Source of the DNA: Lama glama
Lineage: Eukaryota
Direction of reading: 5' to 3'
Assembly (NCBI GenBank): GCA_028534125.1
Contig: CM052817.1
Span: forward strand, 73,782,001-73,846,000
Length of the DNA stretch: 64,000 nucleotides
Within the stretch, counting starts at the first letter, position 1; each line of letters starts with the position of its first letter. The notes under the pieces are model-generated. The model saw only the letters and a list, made by a program, of their open reading frames with translations. It was not told the DNA's origin and did no database searches. A program made the position numbers and the translations under genes. Shown piece by piece: positions 25,801 through 38,412 of the stretch.

Positions 25801-27168
25801 AATTACTTAGCTACTCATAATTTTTTATTATCTTTCTGAAATTATGTGCAATTACTTGTTTAAACATTAAATTAAACTAGTACTTCTGTGTTAGTTCTCT
25901 GGAGTAGATTTGATTAATCATAGACTTGAGCAAAACTTTAAACATTCCTAGTATATAAAATGTTGAAATACATGGCAGAAGAAGTCTATGGAAGATGGTA
26001 AATAGAATATGTCCCTTGTGATATTTTGTATTCAGTTTGTTTAATTCTGGGACTTTGTGTTCTCATAGTCCAAGGAATAAAGATCCAATCTAATTCTTGA
26101 GGCAGACTTGAGGCTAACAAATATTTTGTTTAATAAGCCTTATCATCATTGAGTTTCTAGAAACTACACCAGTCCTAGACTATTCATTTTGGTTTTTAAT
26201 GATCTTAGGAAACGTTGCTTTCTTAATCCCATTTCTCTAGAACATTTGGTTCTGTGTCATATTATCAAGTGGGAGTTCTGGTATGGTTTGCTTTGTCTGT
26301 CAAGATCTTTGTTGTGGTGTCCAGTGTCTTTGCATCAGAGTTTTATGTGGTTTCTATCTTTGCTTTGTTGGCATGCCTTTTCCCTTGCTGTGCTATAGGT
26401 CTGCCGAATTTGGAAAAATTACTTATAATGCAGTGTGCTTTGCTTACTTTTCTTTATTTTTAAAGGAAAGAGTTTCTGTACCTCTTCCTTTAAGTACATT
26501 ACTAACATAATGTGTCCCTTTACACTTACCTTTCTGTTTCTATTAAGACTCTAATAATTGAGAACACCAGTGGAAAGACAACATTTCGTAAATGCAAACA
26601 ATTTTATCTTGGCCATTGTCTAATGGATGCTCATTGCTCTTATTAATGCTTTCCTGGAGTATTCATTCATTATTGAGGCCACTGATTTTGTTCTTACTGA
26701 TCATTACAATATTTGCTTTGTTCTTTAAAAGATACTCTAATTTGCATGCCCTACACACATTTGCAAATTCAATTAAAAGTTTAACTCCAAATAGGCATTG
26801 CTTTTTCATAAAAAGAGTACTAAGAAATGGAGAGAAATGGATTCTTATGCTAGTTCTGCCATTAACAAATTGTCCTTGAGCAAGTTAACAATGAAATGTA
26901 AGCCTTGTGTTTTTCTTCTTGAAGGGGTTAGTTGGACAGTGTGGCCTTTAAATATAGCAAATAAATTGAATTTCATTCAAGAATTTATACAGTGAAAATA
27001 GATTTCTGATTGTGTACATTGTGTGGACATTCTGTTCATTCAAAAACTCAAATAGTTTTTGAGTTCCTGTTTGGTGCTATGAACCCTAGAGATAACAGCA
27101 GTTAACTAGATAGACTAGATCCCTGCACTCAGAGATGCAAATCAACAGTACCCAAAGGATTAGGTTAA

Positions 27169-27390
27169 CAGTGTGCTGGTGAAAGTTTAATAATCAGCTT
27201 TTTAAAAAAATAAAATATAAGCTCTGATTTTTAACCTTTGCCTTTGCTGATTCCCATCATGTAAATACTTCCATACTTTCATCATGGCCAATTAGAGCTA
27301 CCAATGTGGTATCACTGAATGCAGAATTGGAAAGACGTGTGCAAAAAAATGACTCTCACTAGTTTGTGCAAACTAGTTTTAGCAAACCCC
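27169..27390. mobile_element. hAT DNA transposon relic (MER63-like)
   Basis: Begins CAGTGTGCTGGT..GTTTAATAATCAGC; internal GCTGATTCCCATCATGTAAATACT..CATGGCCAATT..AGCTACCAATGTG..TCACTGAATGCAGAATTGG. Confidence 0.5.
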
Positions 27391-29809
27391 AGAATCAGTC
27401 ACAGTATTGAAAGGTAGCACTGAACTTTCTCCCATAAATGAAAATACTTCCTCATTTCAAAGGAGTGAGACTTTATAAACAGTTAAGTTCTTTCAATTTT
27501 GGCTATAACTATCAGTCCTATCTCCTCCTTACCAAAAGTAAAATCAAGTAGGAGATAACTACTGAAATCCCGGACTGTAGTCTAGAATTAGGAGGCCAAT
27601 GCTGGAACCATAATATTTAATTGCTAGAAAGAAACACTATGATTTGCTTTTTCTTTTGTTCTTTGAAAATGTATTTTAAAATAAAAAAAATTATCCTTGT
27701 TTTTGACTATCTCTTTATGTAATACAATAGAGCTTCTGTATATGGAATTAAAATACTATTAATATCATTCTTTCATTTTTTAATCATAGAGGTCTCAATT
27801 TCCCCTAGTAACAAATTAGCCATAAACATTCTGAATTTGGTATATTCTGTCAAGAATTTTCACTTGATCTTCTTTTCTCACTTATAAGGTTTTCATTATT
27901 TGGAGAAAAGCAAGATAGATAGAGGCTTTGGGGTAATTAAAAAAAAGCGTAGCCAGTTTCTTCCCTGCTTTTACCAGCACTGTGTCCATCCCTGAGACGT
28001 TCTGCATCTCATTGGCATTCTCATCATTGACTAGAGACTAGTGTGAAACCCTGAGACATTTTCACCAGAGCCCTGGTTTGCTGGTATCTGCAAAATCTCA
28101 TTTTAGTGTTAAAAAATAAACTTTATAGCTAGTTAAAAATGATATTTTTAATTCAAGCTTTATTAAAGGCATTATTCTTTTTTATTTTTAAACTTGTTTA
28201 TTATTTAAATGTGAAAATACTTCATATAAGGATTATGGTTAAAATATTGAAATCCATATTTCAATGCAAACAGTAAAAGTATACAAAAACATTAAAGGAT
28301 GCTGAATGAAAAACAATGCATCAGAATAAGGGATCACCCTTGCTACTTGTTATTAGAAGTAATAATTAAAGTAATAATAGTGGCTACCAATTGTCATAAG
28401 CACGAAATGTTCTAGGCAGCCTGCTAAGTACTCTATGAATATCATCTTAATTCACCTTCCTAACAGTTTATGATGTGTGGATTATTTTCTTGTTGAGAAA
28501 ATATGGAAGTCTCCATCTGAGAAATGAGACTCAGTGGGCAAAATGAGCTTCAGAGGAGTAATATAACTTGACCTAGGATGCACAGCTTAGTAATTAGCAG
28601 AGCCTAGATTAACACATTGACTTCAGGATACATTGATGGAAGAATAATCTAAGCTGAGAGGGAAGAGAGGAAAACATAAGGAGAGAAATGGTGGTGAAAA
28701 GCTACTACTGTGGGTTACCAGCTATATAAATGGTGTTCCTCTAATGTTGATTGACCTTCCCTTTTAAGAGTTATTGACATCACACTGTAATCTGAACTGA
28801 TTCTATTGAAGAAAAAAGAGAACACAGGGAAGGGGACCCTGGAGGGGGGAAATGTAACCTTCAGACACACTCTTAAGAACTTAAGTAAATAAATAAAAAA
28901 AAAGATAATGAACAGATCATAGCCCCTAAGAGTTTAAAAAAAATAACAAGATGCTGTGCTTTGTAGAAAATATCCAAAATCTACTCAGATTGAGCATGTT
29001 GGGCAACTTGAATTTGATACAATTAGCACCTCCTTTATAAGAGCAGATAAATGGCATCACTAAAATGTAAGATTTAGAACCACCTATATAATCTTTATCA
29101 TTCCTTGATGTTCTTGTGGATTTATTAAGTGTTCTCCACATTTTTCTACTGAACTGAGAGCATTTTGGAGGTTTCACCATGAGTACTCAATGAATAGTTC
29201 ATGTAATCCATCGAAAACAATACTCTGCCTTTTCTAAAAATGACTTCAGGCAGCATCCCTTCATCTTTCAAACAAGGCTGTAAGTTAAATAAGGTGAGAA
29301 AAATCATCCTCATTTTACATATTGTGAAGCTGAGCATCAGAGGGATTCACCCAGGGCAGGCTGACCTGAAACTCACACCCAGAGCCCTGTGATTCCGGAG
29401 CCTACATGCTGGGCTATTGCACACCATGACTTCGTTCACTGTGTTGGAGCTTTCCAACTCTAGATCTCACTGAATCCCCCACCAAATATATATTTGAAAA
29501 ATCAGGCTCTATCTAATTGTTATTTAACTGGTATAGCAACTAATGCTGTATAGTTCCACCGCAGGGTATTGATACCAAGATACAAAACCATAATCATTTT
29601 AATCACTTTACCCACACAGTTTCTCCTTTAAGCTCCTCTCTGACAAACTTTACAATGACTTAGCATCCCAACTACAGTAGTTACATTTTTTTTTTTTGTA
29701 AAAAGACAGTTTTTTCATGCTAATTCTCAGGTATTCAAAACTGTACGATCTGTTTTGGTTATTTAATATCTTAATATTGGCTAAATAGATTTAACTAAGC
29801 AAGGAATAA

Positions 29810-30273
29810 TTAACATCAAGGTTCGAGCCAAAAACAGATGACATGCTCAAATTTGATAATTTGAATAGAGATTTTTAAAGGGCCTACTTATAACACTGTG
29901 GATGGATTGAAGGGGAGGCACAAAGGATAATGGGGTAACCCTGGGCTGGTAACAGCCGGGCTCATTACCAATCCTAGACCTGCAAGATGAGAAGTGGAAA
30001 AGGTCATCAGCCCTTCAAAGGAGAGAATTGTATGGAAAGGCTGCATTGAAGGGAGCTTAACCTTGGATAAAGAGTCCCAGCCAGATTTAGAAGATCCTCA
30101 AAGAAGTTGCTTCCACGGCTTGCTGTGTACCCCATTGGCCAACCCCAACCCTAAGCAGAGGGCAAGGTAGCCCAGTGATACAATCTAAGGAGGTCAGACC
30201 ATTGGATGCAAAACGGAGTAGAGAAGGTTAGAGCATGGATCTGGAAGGGCAGATAGAATATAGTTAGTTTACA
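29810..30273. mobile_element. Old ERVL-type solo LTR (LTR33/LTR41-like)
   Basis: CCCATTGGCCAACCCCAACC..AAGCAGAGGGCAAGGTAGCCCAGTGAT..GAGGTCAG..AGAGAAGG..TGGATCTGGAAGGGCAGATAGAA motif series. Confidence 0.5.
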
Positions 30274-31409
30274 AATCCCAGAATGTGGAAACAGGAAGAG
30301 CATTGTAATCCAGATGAATTATATGTATTAGGAGGAAAGCAAGACCCAGAGATATGATCCTGAAAGCAGAGACACAAAAGATGGGCCATTAGAGATCTGG
30401 ATAAATCAGAAGCTTCTAAAGTCCTCTTAACTATTCATCCCCACTCATTTTCTCTACTGCTACCTACCTTCTCAACCTCTTTCCCTGTGACAGCCTTTTT
30501 TTCTCTCTTAAGCCTGAAATCATCAGTTAATTTATGAAGTTGGGATTTTATTTTCTCTTTCATTTCTTGCCCATTATTCTTATATTTTGCCTCACATGTT
30601 CCACCTACTGTGCTTTTTTTGGGGGACATATCACCCTAAAAAGAAATAAAATCCAAAAGACAGAGGGTATATGGAGATTGCTTGAGAATCAGAAACTGTG
30701 CCTGAAGTATCAAGGTCAGAAAGTTTCATAAATAACATAATGTATAGTTGTGCCATAATTTTATTTGATGCTGTTTTAATGCTATTTATTGATAATAGAT
30801 TTCATTTTTGAGCAGTAATTACGTAATTTGTAAATGATAATGAAAAACATGCATGGAAACCTTTAGAAGAATGAAAAAAGGACCCTTCTCTTTTATGAGC
30901 CTCAGAGAGCACTTCAGGAGAATTTATGAAAATAGGGACAATTCAAGGGAGAAGCTAGATGGACAAATTGGATTAAGAAGAATTTTCAGGTGGAAGTTGT
31001 GTTAGGACAATCAAAATGAAAATAATGTAACAGAATCTCTAGGTGTGGCTTCAGGCAAGTAGGATTTTCAAGTTCAACAATGCATCGTACTCTGCTTTTC
31101 CATCTTCTTGGGCTTGCCAAACATATAACGAGCCACAGTCTTTTTTATACTGACCCTCCACACATAGGATCTCTCTTGCTCTCTCCCTTCTTCTTCTGTT
31201 TTGTCTCTGTCTTTCTCTGGCTCTCTGTCAAGCTCTGTCTTGTTTTCTCTCTTACTCTTCTTTATCATTTCACTGATAGGAATCCTATTACCGATCTACT
31301 GAGTTGCTATGACTGAGTTTAGGAAACCCTCTCTTCAGATTGGCAATGGATGCAATCTTAGTTTTCATCAAAAGTGAACTCAGGTCTCATTCTTTCATTC
31401 TCTTGGCAG

Positions 31410-31508
31410 GATGGGTTGACACCCCTTCATTGTGCTGCAAGAAGTGGACATGACCAAGTGGTAGAGCTTCTGCTGGAACGGGGTGCTCCCTTGCTGGCAA
31501 GGACTAAG
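31410..31508 (+). CDS. ANK2: ANK2 exon 10 (99 nt): [33 protein letters not shown]
   Basis: tcttggcag| acceptor, |gtgagt donor. Confidence 0.97.
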
Positions 31509-31912
31509 GTGAGTTATTATGGGTAAGCCAGAGTCCAACAAACTCTTTAAGACATCTTTTTGATAATCTCTTTTCTTCCTGGAATCAGAGCATCAGTCAA
31601 GCATATTCTAGTTGCTCAATGTCTGTGTGCTAGGAATGAGTAATATATATCAAACTTTTTAAACTATTTAAAATTTTAAAATATATGCATTGATTAATGC
31701 AAAAAATATGCATTGAGATGTATTAAATGTATAACTTCAAATTCTTCCTATGTTTTTACCTGCTATTCTCTGTGCAGATGGAAATAAGAATATTACTGTA
31801 TTATATGTAAATAAGAATATTATATGTAAATGAGAATATATCTTGCATTCTATTAGTTTACACTTCTATGATACTCTGAGATGGCTATAAAATATGTATA
31901 AAATTATCTTTT

Positions 31913-32180
31913 TTATTGAAGTGTAGCTGATTTACAAGGTTGTGTTAGTTTCTGGTGTACAGCATAGTGATTCAGTTGTACATATACACACATATATACG
32001 TATATATTCCTTTTCCTATTCTTTTTCATTATAGGTTATTACAAGATATTGAATATAGTTTCCTGTGCTATATAGTAGAGCTTCGTATATATATATATAT
32101 ATAGTAGTATCTTCAAATCCCAAACTCTTAATTTATCCCTCCCCCTTCCCCTTTGGTAACCATAAGTTTGTTTTCTATGT
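31913..32180 (-). mobile_element. 5'-truncated L1 3' end with perfect TSD
   Basis: Antisense L1 3' UTR (TTTATTGAAGTGTAGCTGATTTACAAGGTTGTGTTAGTTTCTGGTGTACAGCATAGTG); 14-bp TSD TAAAATTATCTTTT at 31899-31912 and 32181-32194; canonical TTTT/AA endonuclease site. Confidence 0.9.
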
Positions 32181-32459
32181 TAAAATTATCTTTTAAATCA
32201 GCACAAGTAGCAATACAAGATAAGTCTTTTTACTCTCCAATCTTTATCACTTGGACAAAACAAATAAGAATTACTCACCATTGGCGTTGGTTGATTATAA
32301 TTGGGACTATAGGTGATCTAGAAAGCACGAGTTGGGAGAGGCCATCTACAAAGGACCAGTGAACAAACATATTGTTCTCTCTGGCACAGCACATCTAGCA
32401 CTTCCTGTCTCATTTCATCCATATGCCTAGCCATGGGGAGAACTCTTATCCATATAAAT

Positions 32460-32959
32460 NNNNNNNNNNNNNNNNNNNNNNNNNNNNNNNNNNNNNNNNN
32501 NNNNNNNNNNNNNNNNNNNNNNNNNNNNNNNNNNNNNNNNNNNNNNNNNNNNNNNNNNNNNNNNNNNNNNNNNNNNNNNNNNNNNNNNNNNNNNNNNNNN
32601 NNNNNNNNNNNNNNNNNNNNNNNNNNNNNNNNNNNNNNNNNNNNNNNNNNNNNNNNNNNNNNNNNNNNNNNNNNNNNNNNNNNNNNNNNNNNNNNNNNNN
32701 NNNNNNNNNNNNNNNNNNNNNNNNNNNNNNNNNNNNNNNNNNNNNNNNNNNNNNNNNNNNNNNNNNNNNNNNNNNNNNNNNNNNNNNNNNNNNNNNNNNN
32801 NNNNNNNNNNNNNNNNNNNNNNNNNNNNNNNNNNNNNNNNNNNNNNNNNNNNNNNNNNNNNNNNNNNNNNNNNNNNNNNNNNNNNNNNNNNNNNNNNNNN
32901 NNNNNNNNNNNNNNNNNNNNNNNNNNNNNNNNNNNNNNNNNNNNNNNNNNNNNNNNNNN
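32460..32959. other. Assembly gap (500 N)
   Basis: Run of exactly 500 N; the right edge resumes inside a SINE tail. Confidence 1.
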
Positions 32960-33061
32960 AGGTTTATTTATTTACTTATTTTAATGACGGTACTGGGGAT
33001 TGAACCCAGGACCTTGTACATGCTAGGCAAGCACTCCACCACTGAGCTATACCTTCCCCCC
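32960..33061 (-). mobile_element. tRNA-Ala-derived camelid SINE (Vic-1-like), tail cut by the gap
   Basis: Reverse complement GGGGAAGGTATAGCTCAGTGGTGGAGTGCTTGCCTAGCATGTACAAGGTCCTGGGTTCAATCCCCAGTACC followed by an (AAAT)n tail. Confidence 0.88.
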
Positions 33062-33732
33062 AAACCAGTACCTTTTAAAAGAAGTTCTCTGAATACTTTC
33101 CCACTGTACTGTATTTTGCTTCTTTGCATTCCAATGCCTACAGAATCATAGAAGCAATGGTGGTACTATGTTTAATTGTGTTATCATGTTATAATAATCA
33201 CATAGACGAGTCTTTTCTAGGCAATGCTCAATTGAAATCCCCTGTGTTAATCTTTCAGAGGGGAGATTTTTGCAAAATCATCAAAGAAAGTGCACATAAA
33301 ATGTTTGTGTGATTCTGTGGCACTCTTTCTTTGCTTCTTACCTGACTAATTCCAGATTATCTGATGATGATGGATTTGTTCCATATTGATATGTTCTTCT
33401 TCACAAAAAAAAAAGCTATATAGGTTACATATAGATCTTCAAATAAAAGTAAACAAAACATTAATTATAACAATCAAAATGCTGACATCCTTTACGTTCT
33501 TAAATACTCCCAGATATGGCAATTTCTGTGTTAAACCTTAACTTCCACCTGTTGGTCATTTTAAAGTTTTTCATTTTGTTTGTCTTCTCATTTGTCCGTT
33601 ACATACTCCTTCACTTCATCCCTCTCAAAACAATTACTTGAGAGGCACCTCTCCTCAATGTGTTTCCTACTTAGTTTTTGTTTGTTCATTTTAATTTTTG
33701 TATGATGTGTCCTTCAGGAAGCAGATACCTTA

Positions 33733-33928
33733 TAGAGTTGCCAGATAAAATGCAAGATTCCCAGTTAAATCTGAATTTAAGATAAACAATGAATAATTGT
33801 TTTTAGTATAAGTATGTCCCATGCAATAGTTGAGACACACTTATACTAAAATAATTATTCTTTGTTTCTCTGCAATTCAAATTTAACTGGCCATCCTGTA
33901 TTTTTATTTGTTAAATCTGGCAACCCTA
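33733..33928. mobile_element. Palindromic MITE (MER53-like)
   Basis: TIRs TAGAGTTGCCAGAT / ATCTGGCAACCCTA; the whole element is an imperfect inverted repeat (CCAGTTAAATCTGAATT vs AATTCAAATTTAACTGG; TTTTAGTATAAGT vs ACTTATACTAAAA). Confidence 0.85.
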
Positions 33929-36744
33929 AATTTAGAGGAATTTAACTTTCTCTAGCAGCGGGATGCCTGTGATTGGTGTATTCTCAGAATGTGAGGATAT
34001 AGCTATTGGATCCAAAACTCTTTGCAGGTTGATTAAGAAGCAGTGTGAATGCTGACTGCCTGCTTGCTGTGTCAGAGTTGGTCATTTCCTGATCCCGAAG
34101 CCCCCCACCCTTGGAGCCTTTGTGTGTTGCCTGAAACCATGTTGCATTTTTGAATGCAGTGCTATCTGTTGTGCTTTGATGCTTTCCAACTGATGCAGCC
34201 AAAGTGGAAGTCACTGTAGCTGTGGGCAGAGTCGGTTTTAACAACTGGGAAGAGTGGCATGAAATTTAGTACCTGCTTTGGACGTGAGCATACCCATTCT
34301 CTTGCCAGTCTTGTTTTTGTCTCAAAACTCACTCCAGGTATGAAGCGTACCAGTAACTCAGTCATGTGCAGATATTATTATCACAAAGTGCCCTTTCCAG
34401 AAAGCTCACAAATGCACTTTAAAACCTAGAAAGCTGAACTGCCAGTTGTAATACATCCATAATCCAAAGTATTCACTGACAACCATGGGAGTAGCTAACC
34501 AAGCACTTTTGGGGCTGTTCAGAGTGCAGTGTGGGGGACTACCACGTTTTTCTCTTCTTACGGCAAATCAGTGGATTCATGGCTCAGTTCACACTACATG
34601 TTATGTTTAAGAATTTCCCCTAATCCTTAAAGTTAATTAACTTCAGATAAGGAAAACACGGGTATTGAATAAGATGAGGTGCCCAATAACCAAGAAATGA
34701 AAGTAATTGATTAAAATAATATACACCCTCTTTCATTTTCTTATTTATACTTATGTATAAATGAGGGTAATATAACTTTAAAAGGGTGAGGGCAATTTAC
34801 AATAAAAGTCAATTACACGAAAGTCATTAAATAAGAATTGAACAAGACCATTGTTTTAAAATGGAGAGACCATTTGCATGTATATATGTATAACTTTTCT
34901 TTGAATATTATGTTTAGTACTTTAGGTTTTATATCTAACTCATAAATTTCAAATGTGTAAACACCATAAAAATAACTGAAGTGTAAGTTAAGAGTATGGG
35001 AAATATTAAGACTGGTATTGGAAATTATTTTACATTTTGAAACCTCTTATTAATAAAGCTTGGCTTGTAAAGTAAACATATAAATTCGTCATTGAGTAGG
35101 TACTCCTGAAGCCTCTGACTTTAACGTCTTATAAGGAAACTTATTTTTGTCTTCATTTCTACCAAAATTAGTAAAATTGCTGTACTGTTATGGCTTAGAA
35201 ATGGAATAAAAATTTGAGAGTTTTTGGTTTCATCTATTTAGATTGGGTTTCATCTATTTAGAGACAGGTTTTAAGTGATACAGAAAAGTTAGAGATCATG
35301 GTTGTCTGAAGAGGAAAAATTTTGCCGTCCATCCAAAGTCTGAAAACAGATACTGCTGTTCCAATGTTATTTTATGTAATAACACTCCAGATACGTTTAC
35401 TTTACAAAAGTCAAAAGACATCGTCAGAAAATAAGGCCACTAGAGAATAACTGAATCATCAACGAAAAGGAGAAAAGGAGAATAGACGTCCAGCTTAGTG
35501 CTTTCCATGTCAGATCATTGGGAATGAATTTCTCATAACTTCGTAAGAAATGGATCTTTGAATACTAGCAAAAAGTGAACTGTGAGCCAGGCACCAAACT
35601 GAAGTTCGTCTTAAATCTTTTAGGTTTAAGGGTTTATTGTGCAAGGAATCAGAAGGAATTACTCACTTGAAATTTGTCAGATGTTATCCAATTACCGCAC
35701 CCAACACTGAGATCAACTTAGTTTATTTGGAGTAGTTTGCTTTTCCTGGTTGAAATCAAACTTACTTTCTATCATAGTGGTGACTAAACTAACTTTTATT
35801 CCAGTGTCTTATTCTTTGGTAACTGTAAAATTGTTTGAAAAAATGAACCCCTGACTTCTGCAGAATTATATGTGGTTTTAAAATGTGTTGATTAAAAAAA
35901 AATTCTCTCTCTTAGAGGCAGTTATTAACAGGCTTCCCAGGGAGAAAGTTCTCTTACGTCTAACCATCATCCTTCATGCTGCAGGTTAAGCTACCTTTCC
36001 CTGATAAGAGTGTGTTCCTTGATGCAGCACAAACACACTTGAGGAAGGACCTGATGTTCAGTGCTGCCCACCTCAACAGATGGCACTGTTAACTTGCTTC
36101 ACTCATCTCTCAAATAACTGTCTGTAATTAAATATGCTCATCAGTCATAAGTAGGGGACCTCCGGGGCAAATCGGATTTCTCATATGGACAGCCTTTATC
36201 TAGTCTCATAACACAAAGACAAATCCAATGTAAAGTAATAGTTTGTTTCCAGAGCAAATTTTGAATTCTGAAAAAGAATGGCTTATGTGTGGTACAAATG
36301 ATGTGATTTTTTTTTTTTGCACTGTGTTGACTTGCTCTTCAGCACCTAGAGTTTCTCATGAAAACGAGATCAAGTTGTAATCACATAGTCAAGATTTTAG
36401 GTTTGAAGGATGAAAGGTAGCTTTATATCACCAAAAGTAATTTAGGTTATGCCACACTGATTGTGAAATTAAACCTCAGGGTATCCTGAATGTTTGGGTA
36501 AGTTCACTGGTTTGTCATGGAGTGTGAAAAAATAAAACAAATAAACATTTTTTTATCCTTCTGAAGATGGAGAAGATACAAAACTGTTTTTTCCAGGCTA
36601 ACCAATTATAAATAACTATGATTTTTCATAGATTGCTTAAACCTTTGGCTATATTGGTGTCTTTCACAAAAAGACACATTTTTATTCTATGCCATCCAGA
36701 GCAGTGGGTTCACTTACGATTCAACAACGTTTGTTTCCCGGCAG

Positions 36745-36843
36745 CGTGGGGAGACTGCACTGCACATGGCAGCCCGGGCGGGGCAGGTGGAAGTGGTCCG
36801 ATGCCTCCTGAGAAACGGTGCCCTTGTCGATGCCAGAGCCAGG
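36745..36843 (+). CDS. ANK2: ANK2 exon 14 (99 nt): [33 protein letters not shown]
   Basis: cccggcag| acceptor, |gtaggt donor. Confidence 0.97.
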
Positions 36844-38087
36844 GTAGGTGCTGGTGTGCGGGGTCCTCTTCTCTTGTGTGCATGAGTTCCATCTTTCGGG
36901 GAGGTGCTGTTCTTCCTCTCTTTATGTGGAAATGCCAAGGACATGTGAAAGCACTGATTTCAGTAACAATTTTTTAGGCAAAAAATAAATGGTGCAGTAA
37001 ATATACACAATGGAAAATGCACTTTAATCACGGAAACATTAACAGTTGAAAAAATGTATAATTTTGCATCTAAGAAATTTGGAATTGACTAACATTTTAA
37101 TACTTTTTTTTACTTATGAAAGCACTTCCATGTATGTATTCATTTGCCTGAATTTTAACATTTTACCTCTATTTTATAGATACCGTATGTATTAAATTCA
37201 TTTCTTACCACCAAAGCCAATCAAATTTCCATAGACATTCCTTGCTAGTTACATAAAAATAAATCATATTCAAAGTTTTAATGTTTTTCCTTCATTTGTT
37301 TGACTTTCCTCCTTTTTTATGATGAATTCTACTTTTTTTCTTACTCTGATATCCATATTTAGACATTCTGCCCTTCCACCATTCCAAAACATAAGAATTT
37401 TGACCCTGGAGATTGCGTGATTGGATTATCCTGTTTCTAATTCTTCCACAAGTTCATTTTTTTCTTCTTTTAAAGAATTTGCCAGTTGCTTTTTTCACCT
37501 TCTTTGTTCACATTAGATATTTTATCAGTAGCTTCTATTTCCTTTTCCACGCTGTTCTTTTGTACTAGAGTCTTTGGGATTCTCATTGAATATTTCAATA
37601 CTTTCTCTCCTTCTTCAATATTTGATACACCTTAGCTGGAACTCACTTCAGCTTGAATCTAACTGTTGTGGGTCCATTTTAGAAATAGTATTATATTGAA
37701 ATGAAAGCATCTGGCTGGAGTCATACAAATTGTCATTTTTGGCAAGTCATTTCGTTCCCAGGTCTTTATCATTAAAACAGAAGGCTGGACTTAGTTAGAT
37801 ACCTTGAAACTCCTTTCCAGACTTTCTTAACAGTCTCTGACTAGGAGTTCTGTGGCATTTTTCTCACAGACCTTCATGCAGAATCCAGTGACGCACAGGC
37901 AGCCTTGATGTTATTCTTGTTTTTAGATTTTATCTGCCTTTCTATCCATTGTACAAGTAGTATAGTTTATGTTCTTTGGTAATCATCATTGGTATTTTAG
38001 GCTCTTATATGCTAAGTGCTTTTGTTATTCAAACTGTATTCCTCCCTGTCTTGGCATTTTTCTGGTTTCCCTGTTTTTCCCCCCTTA

Positions 38088-38412
38088 AAGACTATCTTTT
38101 TAAAAAAGCTGTCTTAGTTTCACAGCGAAATAGAGAGAAAAGTACAGAGATTTCCTGTATGCCTACAAGCCCAGGGCCTCCCCCGTTATCAGCACCCCCC
38201 ACCCCAACCAGAGTGGTCCACACTTAGGACTGACGGACCTGCTGCATCAATACATCGCAATCCCTCAAGCCCGTGGCTTACGTTAGGGCTCACTCTGGAT
38301 GTTGTACCTTCTATGTGTTTGGACAAATGTGTAATGACGTGTGCATCCTTATCCCATCATCATACAGAGTAGTTTCACTGCCCTAAAAACCCTCTGTGCT
38401 CTGCCTACTCTC
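38088..38412 (-). mobile_element. Old L1 (L1MC-like) 3' end fragment
   Basis: TTCACAGCGAAATAGAGAGAAAAGTACAGAGATTTCC..TTAGGGCTCACTCTGGATGTTGTACCTTCTATG..TTTGGACAAATGTGTAATGAC..CATACAGAGTAGTTTCACTGCCCTAAAAACCCTCTGTGCTC. Confidence 0.8.

Noticed and set aside
31780..31842. Short direct repeats (AAATAAGAATATTA..), also at 5374-5470, 35227-35262 and 58695-58750, considered as array-like elements
   Set aside because: Only 2-4 degenerate units with no unique spacers, in a mammalian intron: simple slippage duplications, not CRISPR-like arrays.
32423..33151. The 242-aa and 183-aa ORFs spanning the gap
   Set aside because: Artefacts of translating through 500 N.
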